DNA of 57,204 nucleotides, from positions 1 through 57,204 of the forward strand of contig JBJMMQ010000120.1 in the NCBI GenBank assembly GCA_045804705.1. Direction: 5' to 3'. Positions 17,349-25,996 of this stretch are shown here, one piece after another. A program made the translations under genes and the position numbers. Every line of letters starts with the position of its first letter. Position 1 is the first letter of the stretch. The notes beneath the pieces are model-generated. The model did no database searches. It was given only the letters and a program-made list of their open reading frames with translations, and was not told where the DNA came from. The stretch comes from Chloroflexota bacterium. Lineage in GTDB: Bacteria > Chloroflexota > Limnocylindria > Limnocylindrales > CSP1-4.

Positions 17349-18023
17349 GTGGACGGCGTCCTGCCTTCCCGGATCCGCGTGCTGATCGTCGACGACCATG
17401 CGATGGTGCGGCGCGGGATGCGCGACTTCCTCGAGCTGCACGACGACCTCGAGGTGGTCGGCGAGGCGGCGAACGGTCGCGAGGCACTGGCTCAGGTCGC
17501 CGCGCTGCTCCCCGACGTGGTGGTCATGGATCTGCTGATGCCCGACCTTGACGGCATCGCGGCGACCGCACAGCTGAAGGCGCTCCACCCCGCCATCGAG
17601 GTCGTGGTCATCACGAGCTTCATCGAGGAGGAGCGGATCACCGCTGCCCTCGAGGCCGGTGCGAGCGGCTTCCTGCTCAAGGATGCGGAGGCCGACGACC
17701 TCGCCGCGGCGATCCGCTCCGCCCGGGCCGGCGAGGTGTACCTGGACCCGGCGGTCGCCGGGATCGTCGCGCGGCGGCTGCGCGCGAGGCCGGATGGCAC
17801 GGGCGGTCATGGCGAGGCCGTCGGGAGGTTGACCGCGCGGGAACGGGACGTCCTCGCTGCGGTCGCGCGTGGCCTGTCGAACCGGGCGATAGCCGACGAG
17901 CTCGGCATCGCCGAGCGCACGGCTCGGACGCACGTCTCGAACATCCTCGCGAAGCTCGGGCTCACGAGTCGGACGCAGGCGGCCCTGTTCGCGGTCGAGC
18001 ACCACCTCGACCGGGTGTCGTGA
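17349..18023 (+). CDS. NarL/FixJ-family response regulator (REC + LuxR HTH)
   Basis: In-frame GTG at 17349, 1 nt after the DMT stop (the track ORF start 17232 overlaps DMT). Motifs: RVLIVDDHAMVRRG, VVMDLLMPDLDG, TSF..., and LTARERDVLAAVARGLSNRAIADELGIAERTARTHVSNILAKLG. Confidence 0.9.
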   Translation: MDGVLPSRIRVLIVDDHAMVRRGMRDFLELHDDLEVVGEAANGREALAQVAALLPDVVVMDLLMPDLDGIAATAQLKALHPAIEVVVITSFIEEERITAALEAGASGFLLKDAEADDLAAAIRSARAGEVYLDPAVAGIVARRLRARPDGTGGHGEAVGRLTARERDVLAAVARGLSNRAIADELGIAERTARTHVSNILAKLGLTSRTQAALFAVEHHLDRVS

Positions 18024-18757
18024 TCGTCGCCGGCCCGCGCGACGCACCCGCGATCGTGTTCATCCACGGGACGCGGCTGACCGGCGCGATGTGGGGCCCC
18101 CAGGTCGCCGCCCTGTCGGACACGTTTCGAACGATCGCCGTGGACCTGCCGGCGCACGGCACCCGCGCATCGGAGACCTTCACGCTCGACAGCGCGGTCG
18201 AGTCGTTGGCGACGACGATCCACGAGGAGACCGCCGATGGTCGCGCGGTCGTCGTCGGACTGTCGCTCGGTGGCTACGTCGGGATGGCCCTCGCCGAGCA
18301 GCGGCCCGACCTCGTCCGCGGTCTCGTGCTATCGGGTGCCACGGCCGAACCGGTCGGGGTTCGGATCCTGCCGTTCCTCGCCCTCGCCCGCGTCATGGAC
18401 TCGGTCGATCTCGGACGTCTGGACCGGGTCAACGCCTCGTTCTTCCGGCGTCGGTTCCCGACGGCCATCGCCGAGCCGATCATCGCCGGCGGCTTCTGGT
18501 CGCGTGGTGGCGCCGCGGCACTCCGGGCGCTCGCGGGCGAACGGTTCGCGCCGCGGCTCGCTGCGTACCCGGGCCGGTCGCTCATCCTCAACGGCGAGTT
18601 CGACCTGCCGTTCCGGTTGTTCTCCGCATCGTTCGCCGCCGGCGCCCAGGACGCCCGCCGCGTTCGCCTCGCCGGCGCGACGCACCTCGCGAATCTCGAC
18701 CGGCCCGCGGCATTCACCGCGGCTGTTCGCCGGTTCGCCGACTCCCTTCCCGACTGA
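18020..18757 (+). CDS. Alpha/beta-fold hydrolase
   Basis: 245 aa with IVFIHG and the nucleophile elbow GLSLGG. GTGA overlap with the response-regulator stop. Confidence 0.8.
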   Translation: MIVAGPRDAPAIVFIHGTRLTGAMWGPQVAALSDTFRTIAVDLPAHGTRASETFTLDSAVESLATTIHEETADGRAVVVGLSLGGYVGMALAEQRPDLVRGLVLSGATAEPVGVRILPFLALARVMDSVDLGRLDRVNASFFRRRFPTAIAEPIIAGGFWSRGGAAALRALAGERFAPRLAAYPGRSLILNGEFDLPFRLFSASFAAGAQDARRVRLAGATHLANLDRPAAFTAAVRRFADSLPD

Positions 18758-18851
18758 CCCGCCGACCCCGATGGGAACGCTCGACCGGGCATCCGGGACA
18801 CCCCGGCTATACTGGCGCGACCCGCCCACACCCGGATCCCCGTGAGGTTCG

Positions 18852-19730
18852 ATGCGCGTTCGAAAGGCCGTCTTCCCCGCGGCAGGATGGGGGACCCGCT
18901 TCCTTCCGGCGACCAAGGCCCAGCCCAAGGAGATGCTGCCGCTGGTCGACAAGCCGATCATCCAGTACGCGGTCGAGGAGGCCGTCGCTGCCGGGATCGA
19001 GCAGGTCATCATCGTCACGTCCAGCCAGAAGCGGGCGATCGAGGACCACTTCGACCTCTCCTTCGAGCTCGAGCACCTGCTCGAGGAGAAGGGCGACATC
19101 GAGATGCTGCGGCAGGTCCGGGCGATCAGCGACCTCGCCCAGGTGGCCTACGTCCGCCAGAAGGAGCAGCTCGGTCTGGGGCATGCCGTGCTGATGGCCA
19201 AGGACCTGATCGGCCACGAGCCGTTCGCGGTGATCCTGCCCGACGACGTCGTCATCGCCGACCGGCCGTGCATCGGCCAGCTCATCGAGGCATATCAAAA
19301 GACCCACGGTTCGGTGGTCGCGGTCATGGAGGTCGCGCCCGAGGAGACCGGACGCTACGGCATCATCGCCTCGGAGCCGTCCGACGACCCGCTCGACGAA
19401 GGCAGGCTCCACCGCGTGAGCGCCCTCGTCGAGAAGCCCGCCCCGGGTACCGCACCCTCGGATCTCGCGGTGATCGGACGCTACGTCCTCACCCCGAAGA
19501 TCTTCGACAAGCTCGAGCAGACGCAGCACGGGGCCGATGGCGAGATCCAGCTGACGGACGGGATCGCCGCCCTGATGGAGGAGCAGCAGGTCTTCGGCTA
19601 CGAGTTCGAGGGGACTCGCTACGACGCGGGGACGACGATGGGCTGGCTCCGCGCGTCGGTCGAGATCGCCCTGACCCGGCCCGATCTCGGCCCCAAGTTC
19701 CGCGAATACCTGAAGGGTCTCCAGATCTGA
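18852..19730 (+). CDS. galU: UTP--glucose-1-phosphate uridylyltransferase
   Basis: 292 aa with KAVFPAAGWGTRFLPATKAQPKEMLPLVDKPIIQYAVEEA, LGLGHAV and VEKP motifs. Confidence 0.92.
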   Translation: MRVRKAVFPAAGWGTRFLPATKAQPKEMLPLVDKPIIQYAVEEAVAAGIEQVIIVTSSQKRAIEDHFDLSFELEHLLEEKGDIEMLRQVRAISDLAQVAYVRQKEQLGLGHAVLMAKDLIGHEPFAVILPDDVVIADRPCIGQLIEAYQKTHGSVVAVMEVAPEETGRYGIIASEPSDDPLDEGRLHRVSALVEKPAPGTAPSDLAVIGRYVLTPKIFDKLEQTQHGADGEIQLTDGIAALMEEQQVFGYEFEGTRYDAGTTMGWLRASVEIALTRPDLGPKFREYLKGLQI

Positions 19731-19809
19731 CGGTCCTGCCCGTGCGGTACGATGCCGGGCGACGCAGATATCCGGGCCGGACGGCTGCCCGGCAACGTGA
19801 GGGGACGAC

Positions 19810-21624
19810 TTGGCGGAGATCGGGCAGGTGCTGGGCGGTCGCTACCGCCTGATCGAACTCCTCGGCAGCGGCGGGATGGCGACCATCTATCGCGCCACGG
19901 ACACCGGACTCGGCCGAGACGTCGCCCTCAAGATCCTCCGACCCGAATACCTCCGCGATCCCGACTTCTCCGCGCGCTTCCGGCAGGAGGCGCAGGCGGC
20001 GGCATCGCTCAGCCACCCGAACGTCGTCACCGTGTACGACTACGGCGAGGACCCGAGCGGCCCGTACATCGTCATGGAGCTGGTCGACGGCGAGGATCTC
20101 GCGACGATCATGCGGAGGAGCGGGACGCTGCCCCCACGGCAGGTCGCCCGCATCGGCGCCGGCGTCGCCCGTGCCCTCGCCGCGGCCCACGCTCGCGGGC
20201 TCGTCCATCGCGACATCAAGCCGGGAAACGTCCTGATCGGCAAGGACGGCCAGGTGAAGGTCGTCGACTTCGGGATCGCCCGGGCCATCTCGGAGGCGCA
20301 GGTCACGCTGCCCGGGACGACGCTGGGCTCGGTCCACTACTTCAGCCCCGAGCAGGCTCGCGGCGAGCCCGCCACGGCCGCGTCGGACATCTACAGCCTC
20401 GGCATCGTCCTGTACGAGATGCTCGTCGGCTCGCGGCCGTGGGAGGGCGACAGCGCGGCGTCGGTGGCGCTCGCGCGCCTGTCCGGCCCGATCCCCGACC
20501 CGATGGTCGTCCGACCGTCGGTCCCGCCGGACCTCGCCTCGATCGTCCGGCGCGCGCTGGCGCTCGACGCGAAGGACCGCTGGGCGTCGGCATCGGTGAT
20601 GGCCGATGCTCTCGACGGCACCCTCGCGCCAGGTGGCGGTGCGTCGGCCGCAGCGGCAGGTGCCGCAGCAGCAGGCGCAGGCGTCGCGGCCGCGGGTGCG
20701 GCTGGTGCCGGGACGCCCGGGACCCCGCCGACGACGACCGACGACACGATCATCAGCCCGCTCGGAGCCGCCGCAGCCGGCGCCGTCGTGGGCGCCGCCG
20801 CCTCCGGCACGGCCCGGCCGAACCAGGGCGGGATCCCCTACGCCCCCGACGCGTACGTCGACACGACATCGGGCTCGACGGGCACCGGTGCGACGCCTCC
20901 TCCCCCACCGCCCGCGGCGGCGCCTCCTCCGCCCGAGGACGACGCGACGAGCCCGATGGTGTGGCTCGCGGGCATCGCAGCGGTCGTGCTCCTCGCCCTC
21001 GTCGCCTTCTTCGTGTTCCAGCTGGCGTCAGGCGGCCGGACCGAGGCCGAGCAGGTCACCGTCCCGCAGCTCGTCGGTCTCACCTCGACCCAGGCGAGCA
21101 CCCAGGCGGAGGCACTCGGACTGACCCTGACGCCGACCGGTGTCGAATCGCCCGACCAGCCGGAAGGCACGGTCCTGAGCCAGGACCCCCTGCCCGGGAC
21201 CAAGATCGACGTCGGGAGCGCCGTCAAGGTGACCGTCGCGACGGGTCCCGGCACCGTGCCGGTCCCTGATCTCAAGTTCAAGGATGACTCAGCCGCGCTC
21301 CAGGCCATCTCCGACGCCGGTCTCCGCGTCGGCATCCGGACCGAGGACTTCGATCCGACGGTGCCCGCGGGCCAGGTCGCCAAGCAGAGTCCGTCGGCCG
21401 GCATCGTGGTCGCGAAGGGAACCGCCGTCGACTACACGATCTCGAAGGGCGTCGAACCGACGCCGAGCCCGACACCCACCCCGACGCCGACACCGACCCC
21501 CACACCGACGCCCACTCCGACCCCGACACCCACACCCGTCCCGCCGACTCCGACACCGGTCCCGCCGACTCCGACGCCGGTGCCGCCGACGCCGACCCCA
21601 GAGCCGAGCACGCCGCCGGCCTGA
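19810..21624 (+). CDS. PASTA-domain Ser/Thr protein kinase (PknB-like)
   Basis: 604 aa with a TTG start. Hanks kinase motifs GSGGMATIY, VALK, HRDIKPGNVLI, DFGIA and SPEQA. An Ala/Pro-rich linker and one TM (MVWLAGIAAVVLLALVAFFVF) are followed by two PASTA repeats and a Pro-Thr repeat tail. Confidence 0.92.
   Translation: MAEIGQVLGGRYRLIELLGSGGMATIYRATDTGLGRDVALKILRPEYLRDPDFSARFRQEAQAAASLSHPNVVTVYDYGEDPSGPYIVMELVDGEDLATIMRRSGTLPPRQVARIGAGVARALAAAHARGLVHRDIKPGNVLIGKDGQVKVVDFGIARAISEAQVTLPGTTLGSVHYFSPEQARGEPATAASDIYSLGIVLYEMLVGSRPWEGDSAASVALARLSGPIPDPMVVRPSVPPDLASIVRRALALDAKDRWASASVMADALDGTLAPGGGASAAAAGAAAAGAGVAAAGAAGAGTPGTPPTTTDDTIISPLGAAAAGAVVGAAASGTARPNQGGIPYAPDAYVDTTSGSTGTGATPPPPPPAAAPPPPEDDATSPMVWLAGIAAVVLLALVAFFVFQLASGGRTEAEQVTVPQLVGLTSTQASTQAEALGLTLTPTGVESPDQPEGTVLSQDPLPGTKIDVGSAVKVTVATGPGTVPVPDLKFKDDSAALQAISDAGLRVGIRTEDFDPTVPAGQVAKQSPSAGIVVAKGTAVDYTISKGVEPTPSPTPTPTPTPTPTPTPTPTPTPTPVPPTPTPVPPTPTPVPPTPTPEPSTPPA
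21457..21621 (+). repeat. In-frame Pro-Thr coding microsatellite (PT x ~12, then 3 x PTPTPVP) at the kinase 3' end
   Basis: Run of CCG/ACN dicodon repeats. The 21-nt unit CC(C/G)GT(C/G)CCGCCGAC(T/G)CCGAC(A/G/C) occurs 3x at about 21535-21597. Confidence 0.9.
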
Positions 21625-21633
21625 CCGGGGCGC

Positions 21634-21996
21634 TCAGGCGCGCTGGCGCCGGATCTCGACCCCCGCGTAGTCGAGGGGCCCGCCGAGCCGGACTGCGGGC
21701 TTCCGTAGGCGGACGTGGACCTCCTCGACCGGGTACCCGGCCAGGAGCTCGTGGCTGATCGCCTCGGCCAGCGCCTCGAGCAGGCGGTAGGAGGTCGATT
21801 CGACGATCTGCCGGACGGCCTCGTACACCTTTCCGTAGTCGATGGTCTTGTCGAGATCGTCGTCGACCGCGGCTGGCTGCAGGTTCACCACGAGCTCGAC
21901 GTCGACCTCGAACGGCTGGGGGTTCAGCTGCTCCCAGTCGTACACGCCGTGGCGGCCCTGGAACTGCATGTTCGCGAGGACGATCCTGTCGCTCAC
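21634..21996 (-). CDS. folB: Dihydroneopterin aldolase
   Basis: The C-terminal 120 aa of track ORF 21634..22323 read VSDRIVLANMQFQGRHGVYDWEQ..PFEVDVEL...DDDLDKTIDYGKVYE, the FolB signature. The GTG at 21996 overlaps the folP stop (GTGA at 21993-21996). Confidence 0.85.
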   Translation of the reverse strand: MSDRIVLANMQFQGRHGVYDWEQLNPQPFEVDVELVVNLQPAAVDDDLDKTIDYGKVYEAVRQIVESTSYRLLEALAEAISHELLAGYPVEEVHVRLRKPAVRLGGPLDYAGVEIRRQRA

Positions 21997-22886
21997 CGGT
22001 GGCCTCCTTCGGGACGTGCGTCTCGCCACGCCGCTCGAACGACGGCATCGGTCATCCGCGCTGCACGGACATTCGCCTCGACGTCGTGGACGCGGACGAC
22101 GTCGGTCCCTCCGGCGATCCCGAGCGCAGTCGTCGCAAGGGTCGCCTCGAGACGCTGGTCGGCAGGGAGGTCCAGGACGCGCCCGAGGGTCGACTTCCGG
22201 CTCGTCCCGAGCAGGATGGGCCGCCCGAGCATCCGGAGCGCGCCCAACTCCCGAAGCAGCTCGAGGTTGTGGTCGGGCGTCTTGCCGAAGCCGAAGCCCG
22301 GGTCGACGATCAGGTCGTCCCATGGGACGCCAAGGGTGACCGCGCGCTCGAGCGCCCGCTGGAGGTCGGCGATGAGCTCGGGCATGAACGTCCTGTAGAC
22401 GGGCGCGGCCCGGTTGTGCATGACGACGAGCGGCACGCCGTGATCGGCGGCGAGCCGAGCCAGCGTGTCATCCTCGCCGACCCCCCAGACGTCGTTGATG
22501 AGGTCGGCGCCGGCGGCGAGTGCAGCTTCGGCGATGGCCGGCTTGGTGGTGTCGACGCTCAGCGCGGTGTCCGGCAGAGCGTCCCGGATGGCGGCGATGA
22601 CCGGCACGACCCGGGTGCGCTCCTCCTCGGCGCTGACAGTCTCGTGACCGGGCCGGGTCGACTCGCCACCGATGTCGAGGATGTCCGCGCCCTCGGCCAC
22701 CATCCGACGGGCCTGGACGACTGCCGCCGCAACCGGGTCGTCCGACCCGCCGCCCGCGAGGAGCCCGTCCCCGGAGAACGAGTCCGGTGTGATGTTGAGG
22801 ATGCCCATGACGAACGTCCGGTCGCCCCAGCGGAACGTGGCTGGGCCGATGCGGGTCGTGCCGAGAGCGCCGGTCGCGTCGGTCAT
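21993..22886 (-). CDS. folP: Dihydropteroate synthase
   Basis: 297 aa with GILNITPDSFSGDG, DIGGESTRPG, INDVWG, GFGFGKT and GTSRKS motifs. Confidence 0.92.
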   Translation of the reverse strand: MTDATGALGTTRIGPATFRWGDRTFVMGILNITPDSFSGDGLLAGGGSDDPVAAAVVQARRMVAEGADILDIGGESTRPGHETVSAEEERTRVVPVIAAIRDALPDTALSVDTTKPAIAEAALAAGADLINDVWGVGEDDTLARLAADHGVPLVVMHNRAAPVYRTFMPELIADLQRALERAVTLGVPWDDLIVDPGFGFGKTPDHNLELLRELGALRMLGRPILLGTSRKSTLGRVLDLPADQRLEATLATTALGIAGGTDVVRVHDVEANVRAARMTDAVVRAAWRDARPEGGHR

Positions 22887-22891
22887 GCCAG

Positions 22892-24217
22892 TCAGCGTAC
22901 GGGCTCCGGGTCCCGCAGATCCGGGTCGTCGACGAGGTGTCGCCGAGCCGCCCCCACGAGGTACAGCGATCCGGCGACGAGGATCGGCCCGGAAGGCTCC
23001 GTGACGAGAGCGGCGGCGACCGCCTGGATCGGATCGTCCTCGATGACGACGACCGCGGGGATGCGCGTCGCGCGCCAGAGCGCGGCGAGGTCGACGGCCG
23101 GGAGGGCCCGCGGACCATCGAGCGAGGTGCAGACGACGGTCGAACCCGCCAGTGCCGCCGACGAGGCGAGGGCGGCAACCACGCCGGCGACATCCTTGTC
23201 GGACATGGAAGCGGTCACGAGCGTCATCGGGCCGGCCATCAGGTACGGCAGCAGGTCGTCGAGCGAGGCCGCGAGTGCCGCCGCACCGGCCGGGTTGTGC
23301 GCACCGTCGAGCAGGACGTCGCGATCGCCGGTCCGGATGAGCTCGAGACGGCCGGGCCAGACGGCGGCCGCGTAGCCACGACGTCGGGCTTCGGCCGGAA
23401 CAGTCGCGATCCCCGCGGCCTCGAGCGCGTCGAGCGTCGCATCGGCGATCGCAGCGTTCGCGGCCTGGTGACGGCCGCGCAGCCCGACGCGCGTCCGGCC
23501 GAGTCGGGGGAGGTCGATGTCGATACCGTCGCGGTCCCAGCCGAGCAGCGGCGCCGGCTCGACCTCGGTCAGCGGAACACCCATCCGCCGCGCGCGACGG
23601 CGGACGACCGCCAGTGCGTCACCGCGCGCGCCTGTGACCGCCACGTCGCCCCGCTCGATGATCGCGGCCTTCTCGCGGGCGATCTTCGGGATCGTGTCGC
23701 CCAGCTGCGCCATGTGGTCGAGGTCGACGTTCGTCACGACGGCCACTCCCCCGTCCCAGGCGTGCGTCGCGTCCAGCCGCCCGCCAAGGCCGACCTCGAC
23801 GAGAGCGACGTCCGGTCGCACCTCGGCGAAACGGGCGAAGACGACCGCGGTCAGCAGCTCGAACTCGGTGGGATCGCCGTAGCGCCGGGCCACACGGTCG
23901 GCGATCGGCAGGACGCGCTCGACGAGGCGGGCGAAGTCGTCCGGGGCGATCGGCCGGCCGTCCACCTGGATCCGCTCGCGGTACGTGACGAGATGTGGCT
24001 TCGGCGTCGTGGCGACCCGGTACCCTGCGGCGCGCAGGGCGGCGTCGGCGATCGCGAGGACGCTGCCCTTGCCGTTCGTGCCGGCGACGAGGGCGCCTCG
24101 GACGGTCCGTTCCGGGTGGTCGAGCTCGCGCAACAGGGCGCGCGTCCGCCCGAGGCCCAACCGGATGCCGAAGCGGCCGCGCTCCGACAGTGCCCGGAGT
24201 GCCTCCTCGTAGGTCAC
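22892..24217 (-). CDS. folC: Bifunctional folylpolyglutamate synthase / dihydrofolate synthase
   Basis: Mur-ligase family with P-loop VAGTNGKGSV and DGAHNPAG. The GTG at 24217 (VTYEEALRALSERGRFGIRLGL) was chosen because the longer track ORF (to 24325) overlaps the upstream gene. Confidence 0.88.
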   Translation of the reverse strand: MTYEEALRALSERGRFGIRLGLGRTRALLRELDHPERTVRGALVAGTNGKGSVLAIADAALRAAGYRVATTPKPHLVTYRERIQVDGRPIAPDDFARLVERVLPIADRVARRYGDPTEFELLTAVVFARFAEVRPDVALVEVGLGGRLDATHAWDGGVAVVTNVDLDHMAQLGDTIPKIAREKAAIIERGDVAVTGARGDALAVVRRRARRMGVPLTEVEPAPLLGWDRDGIDIDLPRLGRTRVGLRGRHQAANAAIADATLDALEAAGIATVPAEARRRGYAAAVWPGRLELIRTGDRDVLLDGAHNPAGAAALAASLDDLLPYLMAGPMTLVTASMSDKDVAGVVAALASSAALAGSTVVCTSLDGPRALPAVDLAALWRATRIPAVVVIEDDPIQAVAAALVTEPSGPILVAGSLYLVGAARRHLVDDPDLRDPEPVR

Positions 24218-24495
24218 TCGCGGGTCAGTTCGTCCTCGTAGAAGACGCACTGGTTGAAGCGCGGGGTCAGGCAGACGTCGTTGACGTAGCCCTGCTCCAT
24301 GTGGACCCCGCCGCGCAGCTGGCACCGCGAGGTGTTCGTGTCCTGGCGGATGAGCGCCTTGAGCAGGTGCGGCGCCTGGATGGGGATCGCGCCTCGGCTG
24401 CCGGTCATGTAGAAGTGCGGGCAGACGTTGCGCCGGAGGTTCGGAAGGCCGAAGGCCGGCCGTGTCACGGCCATCGATGGAGGCGCGGACGTCAT
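24214..24495 (-). CDS. Unknown 93-aa soluble protein with four isolated Cys, first gene of the folate operon
   Basis: ATG at 24495 is preceded by GGGCGGG. Codon third positions are almost all G/C, even for N, F, Y and K codons, which is a strong coding signal. The stop TGA overlaps the folC GTG (GTGA). Sequence: MTSAPPSMAVTRPAFGLPNLRRNVCPHFYMTGSRGAIPIQAPHLLKALIRQDTNTSRCQLRGGVHMEQGYVNDVCLTPRFNQCVFYEDELTRE. No family recognised. Confidence 0.7.
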   Translation of the reverse strand: MTSAPPSMAVTRPAFGLPNLRRNVCPHFYMTGSRGAIPIQAPHLLKALIRQDTNTSRCQLRGGVHMEQGYVNDVCLTPRFNQCVFYEDELTRE

Positions 24496-24727
24496 CCCGC
24501 CCTGAATGGGGCTGACTGCCGACGACACCCGGGCGATCGGGCCGACCCCGAACTCCGGTCTGCCTGTCGGACCCGACGACGTTCGCCTGCCACCGCGCGG
24601 ATCGCGACCCTGCACGCTGCCCCTCTGTCCTCGCCGGGCGCGACGGAGATCGTCACGCGCTCGACGTCGCCAGAGTACAACGCACCGCACCATCGCCGCG
24701 ACGCGCCAGCACCATGGATGACAGGCC

Positions 24728-25945
24728 GTGCGACAATCCCCCGCGATGACGACTCGGCGCGACCAACGGCAGGCCCACGTCCGGCCCCGTCCACCGTCCG
24801 GCAGCCGCCCAGCCCCGGTCAAGGTCAAGCCGCGGTCGCCCGGTCCGACAAGGATCGCCAGCCATCGGACCGTCCAGCGTCCCGGTGGGCTGCCCGTCTA
24901 TTGGCGGATCGCGCTCGTCTTCGGCGTGGTGATGCTCGGCGCACTCGTCCTGTATGTCGGGGTCGGCGGCGTCGGGATGGTCGCCCGTGGCGTCAGTTCA
25001 ACGCTCGGGGGGTTCGTCTCCGACGTCACCTCCACACCCTCACCGAAGGCGACGATCCCGGTCGTCGCCGACTCCCCGACGCTCGCCCAGCCCGCCGAGC
25101 CGTACACATCCGTCGGGACGATCGACCTCGTCGTGACGGTCCCGCCGGCGCTCCAGGGTTCGACCGACCAGCGGATCAAGGTCTACCTGACGCTTCCCGA
25201 CCAGCCACCGACCGCGATCACGGAGGTCGAGATCGCCGACGGCCCGAGGACCGTCATCCCGGTCGAGCTGACCAAGGGCATCAACGACTTCTCCGTGGCG
25301 ATCGTCGGGCCCGGCGGCGAGTCGGACCCGTCCGCCGTCGTCCGTTACGTGTTCGACGCCTCGCCACCGAAGATCACCATCACCTCTCCGAAGAACAACG
25401 GCGTGGTCAACGGCAAGGCGGCCACGATCAAGGGCAAGACCCAGGCCCGGACCACCCTGCTCGCCCGGAACGACGCCAACGGGTCGTCCGTGGCGGGCAC
25501 TGCCGGGGCAGACGGCACGTTCCAGCTGAGCCTGGCGCTCGCGCCCGGGTCCAACAAGATCACCATCACCGGGACCGACCCGGCCGGGAACGAGGCCGAG
25601 GCGACGGTCACGGTCCGACGCGGGTCGGGCAAGCTCACGGCCTCCCTCAGCGCATCCGACTACCGGATCAAGCGGTCGCAGCTGCCGGAGTCGGTCACCC
25701 TCTCGGCGACCGTCACCGACCCGGACGGCAGGGCGCTGGCTGACGCCGACATCACATTCACCTTGAGCATCCCGGGCATCCCGACGGTCACCGTCGACGG
25801 CCACACGAACAAGAACGGCAAGGCCTCGTTCAAGACGACCATCCCCAAGGGCGCCGACCCCGGTCAGGGCAGCGCGACGGTCCTCGTGACCAGCGACGAG
25901 TTCGGCTCGGCCCAGGATTTCACGGTCATCACCATCACCAAGTAG
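24728..25945 (+). CDS. Membrane-anchored protein with tandem bacterial Ig-like domains
   Basis: A basic Pro/Arg-rich N-terminus and one TM (IALVFGVVMLGALVLYVGVGGVGMV) are followed by beta-rich repeats such as ITITSPKNNGVVNGKAATIKGKT...GTFQLSLALAPGSNKITITGTDPAGNEA (Big-like). Start uncertain (GTG 24728 or ATG 24746). Confidence 0.65.
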   Translation: MRQSPAMTTRRDQRQAHVRPRPPSGSRPAPVKVKPRSPGPTRIASHRTVQRPGGLPVYWRIALVFGVVMLGALVLYVGVGGVGMVARGVSSTLGGFVSDVTSTPSPKATIPVVADSPTLAQPAEPYTSVGTIDLVVTVPPALQGSTDQRIKVYLTLPDQPPTAITEVEIADGPRTVIPVELTKGINDFSVAIVGPGGESDPSAVVRYVFDASPPKITITSPKNNGVVNGKAATIKGKTQARTTLLARNDANGSSVAGTAGADGTFQLSLALAPGSNKITITGTDPAGNEAEATVTVRRGSGKLTASLSASDYRIKRSQLPESVTLSATVTDPDGRALADADITFTLSIPGIPTVTVDGHTNKNGKASFKTTIPKGADPGQGSATVLVTSDEFGSAQDFTVITITK

Positions 25946-25996
25946 CCGGGTTCCAGCCGGCGAGACAGCCGGCTCATTCGCAGCTACCATCCGGGC

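Noticed and set aside
21457-21621. Tandem DNA repeats considered as a CRISPR-like or minisatellite array
   Set aside because: The units are 6 and 21 nt with no spacers. They are in frame inside the kinase ORF and encode a Pro-Thr linker.
22937-24241. 434-aa + strand ORF antisense to folC
   Set aside because: It is a shadow ORF. The minus strand carries the Mur-ligase P-loop and the folC motifs.
24214-24828. Long 204-aa form of the small Cys-protein ORF
   Set aside because: The upstream 111 aa are Arg/Gly/Trp-rich and overlap the divergent Ig-like gene's start region. The internal ATG at 24495 with an SD-like GGGCGGG gives a compact, coding-looking 93-aa product.
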